From NCBI GenBank assembly GCA_964270895.1, contig OZ185438.1: a stretch of 64,000 nt of DNA. One strand, written 5' to 3'. The notes below the pieces were generated by a model that searched no databases, was not told the origin of the DNA, and saw only the letters and a list, made by a program, of their open reading frames with translations. Shown here piece after piece: positions 1 through 11,399 of this stretch. The stretch's first letter is position 1. The number at the start of each line of letters is the position of its first letter. Made by a program: the position numbers and the translations under genes. The DNA is from Podarcis filfolensis. Its lineage: Eukaryota.

Positions 1-189
1 ATTAATCAGATACAGGTAATCTGAACACCCAAATAGCACTCTACATCATTCGAAGCATGCACGTGTAAGAAAGTAATTTTTAAAAGCAAAGTTTTAAACA
101 TAATTGATTATCTCTAGTAGAAAAATTCAGAATCTTCCAGCATTTTGATTTACAATATTAAGTAGGCTGTTGCATCCTAAATATATATG

Positions 190-430
190 CAGTGGTACCT
201 CTAGTTATGAACTTAATTCATTCCAGAGGTCTGTTCTTAACCTGAAACTGTTCTTAACTAGAGGCGTGCATTCACTAATGGGGCCTCTTGCTGCCACTGC
301 ACCGCTGGCACACGATTTCTGTTCTCATCCTGGAGCCAAGTTCTCAACTCAAGGTAACTCTTCCAGGTTAGCGGAATTTGTAGCCTGACGCGTTTGTAAC
401 CTGAGGCATTTGTAACTCGAGGTACCACTG
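190..430. mobile_element. Tc1/mariner (Tigger-like) MITE, family A
   Basis: Terminal inverted repeats CAGTGGTACCTC...GAGGTACCACTG with TA on the right flank; similar copies elsewhere in the window. Confidence 0.8.
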
Positions 431-1528
431 TATATATATTATAGGAACAGGGAAAACCATTAATCAGAAATAATGACTTAACTCTGCAAAAAGAGTAAAA
501 ATGGTTTGAACCAGGCTGACTGCTTGTTGAAATTTCACCATTTGGGTATTTATTTGTTTCATACTGTTACAAGAAAAGGTAGTACTGAGATACTTAAAAG
601 AAGCTAAATCTGCCCTCGCATCAACAGGCTTAAAATAAACCAATGCCTAAGACACATTCACAAATAAAGACACACATGAGGCAACTCTTTTTCAGAAGGG
701 CTTGCCTTACTCACGTCAATTCATGTGCACATTTTATGAGACAACTATTCTCCTTACTTTTCCCACTCCAAGAAGAGATGTGATGTGAAAATATCCCAGA
801 ATGCTCCTTCCTAACATTTGTGGTAGGACAAAGGCACCTTGGGCCCTGATCTGGTAACGTCCACATGAACAAGGACAGGGATATGTAATTCCCCTTACAG
901 AAGACACCATGCTCCCTCTCTCCCTTCCACTCCCCTCAGAGGGCCAAATCAAATGTCATGTGCCCCACCCGAAGGCTGCTGAAGAGGAGGAGAGCTTCAC
1001 ACAGGAGGGCACAACAGCCTCCATCTTGAAAACCACAAATGGAGTTGTCCTCTTTCTTCTCCCCACCACCCACAGCTTCCAAAAGGGCTATCCAGAGGGT
1101 TGGGGAACTTTCCTGAGCAATGTGGGAAAGAGCATAGGGGAGCAGCACTGAAAAGGTGACCCAAAATCAGGCAGAGGAACTTGTAGCTCCATTCATACAA
1201 GGTTCCTCTTCAAGATTTTGGGTAAGTTCCCACAACCACCAACAGCTCACCTCCTATCCCACACTGTTCGCTTGGGTCCCCCAACTCCAAAGAGGCATTA
1301 ATGGGGCTATAGAGGGAGGTTCAAGGGTACCATTGAGAGGGTCTGTTGTTGCAGCTCCCCGATAGTAGAATCCTCTCCCCAGTGAAGTCCACATAGTGCC
1401 ATCATTAACTTCTCTCTTTTTCCAGGCAGCTGGTGGCTGATGGTGATTTTGCTATTTCTTGATATTACTTTGCTGCTGAAGATCTGCTGCTGTTTTATTG
1501 GGTCTGTTCTATGGGTTATTGTATGCCT

Positions 1529-1530
<2 letters not shown>

Positions 1531-1618
<88 letters not shown>
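1531..1618. repeat. (AAT)n followed directly by (TTA)n microsatellite
   Basis: About 16 AAT units abut about 13 TTA units. Confidence 0.95.
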
Positions 1619-1963
1619 TGTACCCCGCCCATCTGGCTGGGTTTCCCCAGCCACTCTGGGCGGCTTCCACAGAAACCAAAAATACACTAAAATCCCACAT
1701 TAAAAACTTCCCTGAACAGGGCTGCCTTAAGATGTCTTCTGAATGTCAGGTAGTTGTTTATCTCTTTGACATCTGATGGGAGGACATTCCACAGGGTGGG
1801 CGCCACTACCGAGAAGGCCCCCTGCCTGGTTCCCTGTAGCTTTGCTTCTCGCAATGAGGGAACCGCCAGAAGGCCCTCGGTGCTGGACCTCAGTGTCCGG
1901 GCAGAACGATGGGGGTGGAGACGCTCCTTCAGGTATACTGGGCCGAGGCCGTTTAGGGCTTTA
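1578..1963 (-). mobile_element. L2 LINE 3' end with (AAT)n tail
   Basis: Minus-strand translation KALNGLGPVYLKERL...AFSVVAPTLWNVLP...FRRHLKAALF is typical of the L2 ORF2 C-terminus. A second copy is at 57781. Confidence 0.85.
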
Positions 1964-2492
1964 ATATGTAACATACACAAATTGTTCTTCTGATTTGCTT
2001 TATGATCTTAAAATTTTGGAAGTTTGGAGACTCCTTATGTTGCAACTAATAAATGGAATTAAAATCCTTATTCACAGATCACAGGATCCAAGTTCATATT
2101 TGTACTGAGCTCGGTCTGTGAGTCAATCCAATTGCACAGGCCACTTCTATGCTGCCACAGCTGATCCCTAGTAGGAAGATGGCTTGGAGAGGCTCCAAAA
2201 TATTGTGCTGACTCATTCAGAAAAGCCCAACATAAACTTACACACACCCCATATTGCAGAGTAGTGCAATACACAAGTAACTTCTGTAGTCTCAATATGC
2301 AAACTGTGTTTGTCAGGCACTGAGAGGTAACAGAAGAACAGATAAAGAGAATCAAAATTAAGTTACGACATGCGGTAATTATGTTCATTAAATGTTACCT
2401 TTAAAAACTTGATTTTGTCCGGATCGGCGTAACTGAATGAAATGGAATGCTAGGGACGTCAAAAGCAAAAAAGGGTTTATTTAAGCACTTAC

Positions 2493-2626
2493 CAGAGTGT
2501 AGAAAATAATTTCCCCATTGTTCACACTGATGATAAACTTCACACTGAGCAATTTCGTTTTCGTGATGAGGAAATGCAAGATCGATTCCACCAGTGTGGA
2601 TATCCAAATGTCCTCCAAACACCAGA
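2493..2626 (-). CDS. CARS2: CARS2 coding exon 8 (134 nt; (S)[44 protein letters not shown](G))
   Basis: CysRS motif DIHxGGxDLxFPHHENE. AG acceptor at 2628-2627 and GTAAG donor at 2492; phase fits exon 7. Confidence 0.96.
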
Positions 2627-3710
2627 CTACAACAAAAGCAATCAATGAGTGGGAGTTGGGGGGGGGGGAGGAGAAAAAAGACAAAAAGACAGAGAAATAC
2701 ATTCCTGTTACAGTTCAGTAAAGAGAAGAATTGGGAGCCAGCTCTGGAATTTATTCAAACCACGGCATCAGCTTAAGTTTATCATACAAGGAATCATCTA
2801 TATATAGGTTTTCTATTAGCCAAATGAAGTGTGTGTGTGTGTGTCATATTCTTTGATTTATTTTTTTCAGAAGCGCTGAAAAAAAGCACTGTATTTGTGT
2901 TCAATCCACAGGAGCAGATCAATAATGGCACTTTACCAATCTGTTCCGATCTCACTCCAAATAAGCAGAAAGATTTTTTAAAACATTACAAGGCAAAGCC
3001 AGTTTAAGAGGAGCACCTTGCAAAGTGTGTTTTTCCAGGATTCTAAGACTGATTTCAATTGGCCGTGGTGTTTACTGCAGAATAAGAGCAACAGAGGGAT
3101 AATCTGTGCAATGAGTTTTTCCTCCTATGCAAGAAGTCCCATGCATCCCTGGGTACGCATCAGCAAATGTAATGTTTGAACAAGGCAACCACAGTTGCAA
3201 CCAGCAGCAATTGTGCACAAGCGTTTCAATAAGGCAGAAGCAGATGCAACTGCAGCACAATAGTTCTGGATGTCGTCATTCATTATTGCCAAATTAACCA
3301 GCAAGATGAGCTCCGTTAACAAAGTGTTTGGAGTTCCATACAGTACGAGGTGCCTGTTCTCTGCTCCCTTGCACACATATAAAGGGATGGCATTAAATTG
3401 AGCCACTTACTTGAATGCTGCAGTACTTCCATTTACCTCTAGATGGAAGTGGCCTTACCTTTATTAAACACTGTAATCTCAGCCCCAAAGAGTTTAACTG
3501 AGACAGCAGAGGAACTGCAGCCTTAGTCCAGCTTCCAAATTGTCAAAGACTACCTATCTCCATTGTCTCTCAAAACAGACCGAGGACAACACTGATCATT
3601 ATTTTATATTGCTTATAGATATTTTATTGACTAAGCGGTTTACAATTTGTTCTCAGTAAAGAAAATATATTCAGCCAAATGCTTCTTAAAACTTTGCGTG
3701 TTGAGGACTA

Positions 3711-3969
3711 CCGTATTTTTTGCTCTATAAGACTCACTTTTTCCCTCCTAAAAAGTAAGGGGAAATGTGTGTGCGTCTTATGGAGCAAATGCAGGCTGCG
3801 CAGCTATCTCAGAAGCCAGAACAGCAAGGAGGATCACTGCTTTCACTGCGCAGCGATCCTTCTTGCTGTTCTGGCTTCTGAGATTCAGAATATTTCTTTT
3901 CTTGTTTTCCTCCTCCAAAAACTAGGTGCGTCTTATGGTCTGGTGCGTCTTATAGAGCGAAAAATGCGG
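3711..3969. mobile_element. Tc1/mariner (Tc2/pogo-like) MITE
   Basis: TIRs CCGTATTTTTTGCTCTATAAGAC...GTCTTATAGAGCGAAAAATGCGG with TA target duplication on both sides. Confidence 0.8.
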
Positions 3970-4417
3970 TACTTGTTCCGGTCCCTTGTTTTCCATGAAC
4001 TACATTAGAAGCTGTTTTTGAAATGGCTTCTGAGTTGAAGTGCTTTGGGGGCCCCAATCCAGCTGAACTGAACAGACAGCATGAAGTGGAGAAGAGGGAA
4101 GCACTCCTAGGTCTACAAAGACTTGTCCTAGATCCCTAAGACATTTGCCTATCTGTCACCTAAAAATGATGTCACCTTGTGTGTTCCAAGTACAGATGCA
4201 CAGACCGTAGGAGCAGCCATTTTGTTCGACATTCACCGCCATAAACTCCAGATAAGTCAAAGTAAGAAGAACCTGCTGGATCAGGCGAATGGCTCAGGAT
4301 ACCTCAGTATCCTCCTCTCACAAGGGCTAACCAGATTGCTTGCAGGAAGCCTGAAGTCTGCCAGCTTCTCTCTCTGTTTCTACTCTGGCTTTGCAGACTG
4401 CCTAAAATAACATTGTA

Positions 4418-4668
4418 CAGTCATACCTTGGGTTACAGACGCTTCAGGTTGCTTTTTTTGGGTTGCAGACCATCGAAACCCAGAAGTACCAGAACGGGTT
4501 ACTTCCAGGTTTCGGTGGTCGTGCATGCACAGAAGCGCTAGATCACACTTTGCGCATGCGCAGAAGCGCCGAATCGCAATCCATGCATGCGCAGATGCGG
4601 GTTGCGAACGCTGCGGGTTGCGAACATGCATCCCGCACAGATCATGTTCTCAACCTGAACGTCCACTG
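4418..4668. mobile_element. Tc1/mariner (Tigger-like) MITE, family B
   Basis: TA|CAGT...ACTG|TA termini; closely similar to 9128-9372. Confidence 0.75.
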
Positions 4669-5016
4669 TAAACCACAGTTTGGGAATCACCGGCTTGGCT
4701 CCCCTGTAGGATCATTGCATCTCTCGTATTGGTGTGCTCTCCTGACTTGCCACGGCGCATCGAAGCAAGCACAAGATGTGGGCTACAAAGGCATCAGATG
4801 TTACTGCCTTTAGTTTGCAGCCCTTCCACTCAGAAGAGCTGTCCTTAAAATGTGATTTCATTATTTGCTTTCTCCCTCAAACTGCAATTGCCATTAATTG
4901 TCACTTATTAAAAATTTAAACTGTTTTCAACAGAAACCCTCCGTGATTCACATGTCAATCGATTTCTAATGCATGCTCATAAAAAAACAAAGACGAAGAA
5001 GTCCAGACCGGCTGAC

Positions 5017-5146
5017 CTTGATATCGTTGAACACTCAATGTGCCAGCCAGGCCTTCCGTTCCCCCAGGGAGAACCCCAGCACGTCTCTTGAGGTTTGGCT
5101 GCCTTCCAAAGAGCGAAATCCTTCACGTTACGCTTATCGCTGTCGG
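5017..5146 (-). CDS. CARS2: CARS2 coding exon 7 (130 nt; [43 protein letters not shown])
   Basis: CysRS signatures DFALWK and [14 protein letters not shown] (Zn-ligand Cys). CAG acceptor, GTCAG donor. Confidence 0.96.
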
Positions 5147-5377
5147 CTGCCAATAACAAGGGGTGACGCATTAACAAAGATGCTCGGAATGAGTTAAGTG
5201 TGTAAAAGAGATCTCTGCTATATTCCATAAGTAATCTGGACAGCTTCATATGTCTCACTAGCGCGTCTCAAGACCTGCCACTAGGCCTTAGGCCACTTTC
5301 AGTGCAATTTTAAAGGCCAAATATTTGGGGAGCGGGGTCACCTGAGGGGAGCATCACAAAATCACAGCAGGGGAATC

Positions 5378-5452
5378 AGAATCATAGAATTGTAGGAGTT
5401 GGAAGAGAACTCGAGGGTCGTCAAGTTCAACCCCTTGCAATGCAAGGAATCT
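5378..5452 (-). mobile_element. CR1 LINE 3' tail fragment
   Basis: Reverse complement of the CR1 terminal (ATTCTATG)n motif; homologous to 59227-59300. Confidence 0.65.
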
Positions 5453-5873
5453 CAACACATGGTCCTCCATCCAATTTAAAAACATACTGGACCCTGCTTA
5501 ACTTTGCAAATGGGCTAGCAGTTTTATGGCTGCACCACTAGGAGGGCATCTCTGTGGGAGCTGTCAGTTTTTGTTTTTAATAAAAATGGACACACATGGG
5601 TGCAGGGGTTGTCCAGAGCACCACAGTGATGTACTTATGGAAGCAGTTAGAAATAACCTGTATAAATTAAATTTAAAACTGGGGGGTCCCACAAAAGACC
5701 CTTTAGGAGCCAGATGCAGCCCATGTGCTACAGCTTAGCACCCCTGGCTTACACAGAACCAAGTTAAAACAGAGCTACTAGCCTCCTTTCTATGTATTAT
5801 ATACTTTTTGCATAGAATACATACAAAGCCTCCGTAATTCATGCAGAAGCCAACACAGCTTTTGTTAACTTAC

Positions 5874-5957
5874 CTGGTTCCTCTTGGGTGTCAGGGTAAA
5901 CCTGTGTTAGCTTTCCGTATCTGTCTCCCCTAGAACGGACATCAAAATATACATTAC
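5874..5957 (-). CDS. CARS2: CARS2 coding exon 6 (84 nt; GNVYFDVRSRGDRYGKLTQVYPDTQEEP)
   Basis: GNVYFD...YGKL motif of CysRS. CAG acceptor, GTAAG donor, phase 1-1. Confidence 0.95.
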
Positions 5958-6025
5958 CTGTCGGAAATAAACAGTTTGGTCTTATTACAAAGATGGAAGC
6001 GATTAGGCCTACTAGCAAATGTAGA

Positions 6026-6380
6026 GGGACGCTGGTGGCGCTGTGGTCTAAACCACTGAGCCTAGGGCTTGCCAATCAGAAGGTCGGCGGTTCAAATCCC
6101 CGCGACAGGGTGGGCTCCTGTTGCTCAGTCCCTGCTCCTGCCAACCTAGCAGTTTGAAAGCACGTCAAAGTGCAAGTAGATAAATGGGTACCGCTCTGGC
6201 AGGAAGGTAAATGGCGTTTCTGTGTGCTGCTCTGGTTTGCCAGAAGCGGCTTAGTCATGTTGGCCACATGACCCAGAAGCTGTATGCCGGCTCCCTCAGC
6301 CAATAAAGCGAGATGAGCACCGCAACCCCAGAGTCAGCCACGACTGGACCTAATGGTCAGGGGTCCCTTTACCTTTACCT
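6026..6380 (+). mobile_element. Sauria SINE, full length
   Basis: tRNA-like head with A and B boxes, ACCTTT tail and a 13-bp TSD CTAGCAAATGTAG. Confidence 0.92.
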
Positions 6381-6515
6381 AGCAAATGTAGTGCTCTACA
6401 GAAGTTGCTGGATCACAATTCTCATCATCCCTGAGGGTTGACTGTCCTGGCTAGAGCTGATGAGAATTGGAGGACACCCTGTTGACTATCCTTGGATTAA
6501 GGGGAAACTCTGTAC

Positions 6516-6651
6516 CTGGGTTTCCCAAACTTGGGTCTCCAGCTGGTTTTGGACTACAATCCCCATCATCCCTGACCAATGATCCTGCTAGCTAGGGATG
6601 ATGGGAGTTGTAGTCCAAAAGCAGCCGGAAACCCAAGTTTCGGAAACCCTG
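6516..6651. mobile_element. hAT-type short MITE
   Basis: Imperfect TIRs CTGGGTTTCCCAAACTT / AAGTTTCGGAAACCCTG and internal palindromic arms; same family as 61252-61387. The TSD has decayed. Confidence 0.6.
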
Positions 6652-7028
6652 AGCTACACATTCCTCTCTATTCATGCACCCAGCACACCACCACACAGGG
6701 TACTGAACAGTGCCAGCAAGTGGTACCCCTACACTGATCACATAAACCAAGCAGGCTGCATGTGGAATCATCTGCCAAAGTGGACTGGCCCAAGGTCACT
6801 CAGTGAACTTCCTGGCTGAGTCGGGATTTGAACCCTGCTCTCACAGGTCCTCATCTGCCACTCTTAACTACTAGGCCGCAATGGCTCAAAGTTAATAGTT
6901 ACATTAACTCTGCATTTGCTATTTAACAGCTGTACAAGACGTATTCAAGGCAACATGGGGGGAAGAAACAGACAAAAAAATGTCTTCTACACTAATTAAC
7001 ATGCAATTGAATTGTTCAGAAGATTTAC

Positions 7029-7134
7029 CTTTCGATGTTGCATAACCGTGCCCGCTAGCAATGATCTGCTGTATAAAAGAAATGATCTGAGGAATATTTT
7101 CAGTCACTCTCATATATATTGTAGGAGGTAGAAC
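7029..7134 (-). CDS. CARS2: CARS2 coding exon 5 (106 nt; [35 protein letters not shown])
   Basis: [10 protein letters not shown] motif. TTTCAG acceptor, GTAAAT donor. Confidence 0.95.
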
Positions 7135-7371
7135 CTGAAAATTTAAAAGAAGTCATCAGCTTTGATTAATAAATGTGGACTATCAGCAGCAGGTTTAAGT
7201 GTTACCTGGTCGATAGAATAACAAAAAGAACACCAACTTCACAGACAGCATCAACGAAGTTGGGGAGACATAGGCAATTAGCTCAACAGACCAAGGAAGA
7301 GGTCCACCACTGCCCAGGCATCTTTTCCAACAAATAAAAGATGTCTTCCACATTAGAGGAAATATCTGTAC

Positions 7372-7443
7372 CTTTAAAGCATCCATGTCTTGCTTGAAGT
7401 CCTCCTCATAAAAACGAGCAAGAGACACTGGTGATATCCCCAT
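7372..7443 (-). CDS. CARS2: CARS2 coding exon 4 (72 nt; MGISPVSLARFYEEDFKQDMDALK)
   Basis: YEEDFKQDM motif matches mammalian CARS2. AG/GT boundaries, phase 0-0. Confidence 0.95.
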
Positions 7444-8001
7444 CTGTAAGAAAGGAGCGCACAGGTAAATTTGTTTGATCAGTTAGTTAATAGCGAACTG
7501 AAGGAGAGAAAAGAAATCCAAGATAAAACCAATAAGCCACATTAACTGCTAGCCTGAGGAGCACAACAATCTTACATATCAAGGGAGAAGGGAACTGACC
7601 TTTTTTTGGGAGGGGGACATCCTTAATCTAAAGGTAGCATCCATTTCAAACACAGAATTAAAAATACCTTCATTCACAGTCAAACAGGAATGACAGGTGA
7701 CAGCTCTCTGGAGCCCTGACAACAACAAAAACCCCAAACGTTCAGGGAAATTCCTTGAAACACTTAATACTATTTCTCATTTCATTGAGATAAAAGAAGA
7801 TACAATTCATAACGGGTCAAACTAGACTGGTAATGGAGATATATGCCCTCCCCCGCCCCACAGCGCACCCACTTGTTTTGGTTACTGTTTGGGGCTGAGG
7901 CCTACAAAAGCAAGTAAGTGTTTATCATTTTGAAGGAATTCCCTTGGTTTTAGCTCCCTAGCATCACCAGAAAGTCAGCTCAGAGGGGGAATCACCGCAA
8001 A

Positions 8002-8268
8002 AGAAGAAGAAGAGTTTGGATTTGATATCCCGCTTTATCACTACCCGAAGGAGTCTCAAAGCGGCTAACATTCTCCTTTCCCTTCCTCCCCCACAACAAA
8101 CACTCTGTGAGGTGAGTGGGGCTGAGAGACTTAAGAGAAGTGTGACTGGCGCAAGGTCACCCAGCAGCTGCAGGTGGAGGAGCGGAGACGCGAACCCGGT
8201 TCACCAGATTACGAGTCTATCGCTCTTAACCACTACACCACACTGGCTCTCAAATTGTATTGCACCAA
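8002..8268 (-). mobile_element. tRNA-derived SINE, Squam3 type
   Basis: A and B boxes on the minus strand and a (CTT)n tail; near-identical copies at 34868 and 38127. Confidence 0.85.
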
Positions 8269-9127
8269 ATCGTATTGTCTATGTGACATCTTTATGCTGC
8301 CCACAGGATCCCAGATTGTTTGGGACAGTCTTTCCCAACCTGGTGCTCTCTATATGTTTCTGACAGCAATTCCCCATCAACTCCAGCCAGCACAAACAAA
8401 CACCAAGTTGGAGAAGGCTGATCTGGGATCATGCAGGAAGCAGCCTGGGATTATTATTTTTTGCTTATGTTTTAAAAAGTATTTTCCAGGGGAAGCAGTC
8501 TGCAGAATATTCTGGTTCCCAAAGTTTTAAATAACAACAACCAAACCCTTCTGAGCAGCTAATAGCCAGTGCACATCTTTCAACACTGATGTAACATGTG
8601 TATAGCTTGGTGTCCCACCAAGCACTATGGTAGCTGAATTTGGTGCTAGCTACAGATTCCAAACCAGGTAGAAGGGCAGCCCCCCACAAATAGCACATTA
8701 CAGTGGTCTAATTGTGAGGTTATCCATGCATAAACTACTGCAGCAAGGCTATCCCTCTCCAGGAATGGTTGCAACAGTTAAAATTGGCAATGTGTGTTCT
8801 GAACCACTGATGTCACCTGATCCATCACTAGTGACAGTGATGGATCTCAGAGAAATCCCAAAATACACACTTCCTCCTTCAGAGGCATTCCTATCCAGCG
8901 CCTTCATTCCTTTATCACAGCTAACGCTGCCACAGCTGCATTACTTAACAGATGTTAAGGTAGGAGATGGAAATTTACTTCAAGAGGGACAGACATGGGG
9001 ACAGATCTCCTAACTGCAATTGAGAGAAGCCTCTCTCTTGTTTGGCTGAGGCCTAGCAGAACTTTTCACCTACAAAAAGATAAAGAGAGTTAGCAAATCT
9101 CCCAGATTTTGCTCCTGCCATGCAATA

Positions 9128-9372
9128 CAGTCATACCTCGGGTTACAGACGCTTCAGGTTGTGTTTTTTCGGGTTACGGACCCGCGAAAACCCAGAAATA
9201 CCGGAACGGGTTACTTCCGGGTTTCGGGGGTCACGCACACGCAGAAGCACTAAATCACGCTTTGCGCATGCGCAGAAGCGCCGAATCGCAACCCACACAT
9301 GCGCAGACGCACCGCTGCAGGTTGCGAATGTGCATCTCGCATGGATCACGTTCGCAACCCAAGCATCCACTG
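9128..9372. mobile_element. Tc1/mariner (Tigger-like) MITE, family B
   Basis: TA|CAGTCATACCTCGGGTT...CCACTG|TA; homologous to 4418-4668. Confidence 0.75.
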
Positions 9373-9491
9373 TATCTGTTTCATTTCACAGCCTACCTAG
9401 ACTGGCTATAATGCAAACAATACAATACAGCACATCTGTAAAATCTACTGGATTGTGAACCAAAAAAGCAAGCTGAACTATATACACTTAC

Positions 9492-9609
9492 CTCATTGGC
9501 TCTTTTAATTATTTTATCATCTATATCTGTAATCCCCATCACCATGACGACTTCCTTTCCAAATATCTTTGTCAGTATTCTTCGAATTATATCAAATTTA
9601 ACATAGGAG
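9492..9609 (-). CDS. CARS2: CARS2 coding exon 3 (118 nt; [39 protein letters not shown])
   Basis: [12 protein letters not shown] motif, including the KIIK motif linked to PLP binding and persulfide synthase activity. TTTCAG acceptor, GTAAG donor. Confidence 0.96.
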
Positions 9610-10088
9610 CTGAAAGAGAGGGGGAAAGGCACATGTATTACGGGCCTCAGCTAGATATGAAACAGGTTGGTTTTATGTTAAGTAGACATACTGAAGCTAG
9701 GATTTTATTTTATTCTTTGCTTCAGAAGCCTCAGCAGAAAGACGAACACCTTGTTAAAGCATGAGGCACAGTGACCCATCATATTTTGGATCTCAGAAGT
9801 GAATTTTTCTCCACACCAGGCTGACTCCGCCCCCCCCCATCTTTTCTTCCAAGCCTCACTTGGGTGCATTTAACTACTTCTTATTCTGCAGGATGCTGAT
9901 ATCTTGCACTTGGCTAACTCCTCAGGGTTACAATTCTAGTATTCCTGCTCTCTGCCGAAAAACAGCTAGATGCTAATGTACTCATAAGAAGCGTATCTAC
10001 TACACAAAGCAAGAGTCTATATTGAAGCCGGCTGGTGCAGAACTAATTCCTACAAAAATAAATGAAATTTTAGTATGTGAAGGCTTAC

Positions 10089-10139
10089 CAAGCATGACCA
10101 AGGTGTGCATGGTCATAGACAGTAGGTCCACAGCTATAC
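10089..10139 (-). CDS. CARS2: CARS2 coding exon 2 (51 nt; YSCGPTVYDHAHLGHA), not in the ORF track
   Basis: Read by hand: CGPTVYD plus the HIGH-type signature HLGH of class I aaRS. CACAG acceptor, GTAAG donor. Confidence 0.96.
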
Positions 10140-10780
10140 CTGTGAATAAAATTAAGATCTACTAAGAAAAACACCAGAAGGCGTTACATAATGATTAGTT
10201 TCAAAATTCACATCAGCCATTACACAGTTGAATAACGAGGGTGAAGCATATGACCTCTGAACCCACTTTAGGTACAGTAGGGAAAACTAATTCCGCACCC
10301 CCCCCCCCCGGGAAAAAAACAAGTCTTTGTTAGGCAAACAATACAAGGTTCCTGGACTTGGTCCTTGCCCACGCTCCTTTACTGCTGCCTCCTCTGTCAA
10401 GTTTGCCTAAAGCTTTCTGTTATTCTGTTCCTGGCCTTGCCTTGTTTCCTAGAGGTACCCAACACCTCGATTTCCCCAATTTTGAACTCACACCTGTTCC
10501 ATTCAGTGTCCCTGTTCTCCACCATGTCTCAGACTTCTGCTTACTCGCACACCTTCTGAGAAATTGCTTCCCTACCTCTCTCAAAGTCTGTATCCATTAT
10601 GCCATGGTGCAATTCTGGTTTCAACTTTAAAAGCACAGGCCATGTATTGCTGTGAGCCAGATTACTGAGCAAAACCCCACAAATAAATCCTATGCACACC
10701 TAATTGTAAGTTCCATCCAACTTACTTCCACATAAAGCACCCAAGGATTGTGCCACAACTTTTGCTGGTTTTTAATATTT

Positions 10781-11131
10781 AGGTAAAGGTAAAGGGACCC
10801 CTGACTGTAAGGTCCAGTTGCGGACGACTCTGGGGTTGCAGTGCTCATCTCGCTTTACTGGCCAAGGGAGCCGGCGTACAACTTCCGGGTCATGTGGCCA
10901 GCATGACCAAGCCGCTTCTGGCAAACCAGAGCAGCACACGGAAACGCCATTTACCTTCCCGCCGGAGTGGTACCTATTTATCTACTTGCACTTTGTGCTT
11001 TTCAACTGCTAGGTTGGCAGGAGCAGGGACCAAGCAACAGGAGCTCACCCCGTCGCGGTGATTCGAACTGCCGACCTTCTGATCACCAAGCCCTAGGCTC
11101 TGTGGTTTAGACCACAGCGCCACATGCGTCC
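10781..11131 (-). mobile_element. Sauria SINE, full length
   Basis: Reverse complement of the 6026 copy; TSD about TAATATTT. Confidence 0.92.
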
Positions 11132-11399
11132 TAATATTTTAATATTTAGCTAGACCCAAATGTACTGCATTACTAATTACTTGCTCCCCTGGGAGCTTAG
11201 TTTCTAACAAACTACAACATCTCAAAAGGTGTGTTTTCCCTCTTCACTGATGGGGGTGGGGGGCGGAGAGGAATCCATTTTATTTACCTATTTACCTATT
11301 TATTATTTACCTATCCATTTTATTGCTAGCTATGAAGGTGACCCGGCAAGGGGGGGGGGGATAAATTAAAAGGAATAGGAGCACAATTTTCTAAGTATT

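Noticed and set aside
1498-1776. ORF with poly-Asn and poly-Tyr
   Set aside because: Translation of the (AAT)/(TTA) microsatellite and L2 tail.
1-2492. Expected CARS2 exon 9 (KMSKS motif)
   Set aside because: No KMSKS-encoding segment with splice sites was found; it presumably lies left of the window.
6026-6100. tRNA-like A and B boxes here and in other SINE heads
   Set aside because: They continue into SINE bodies with tails and TSDs and do not form a full cloverleaf.
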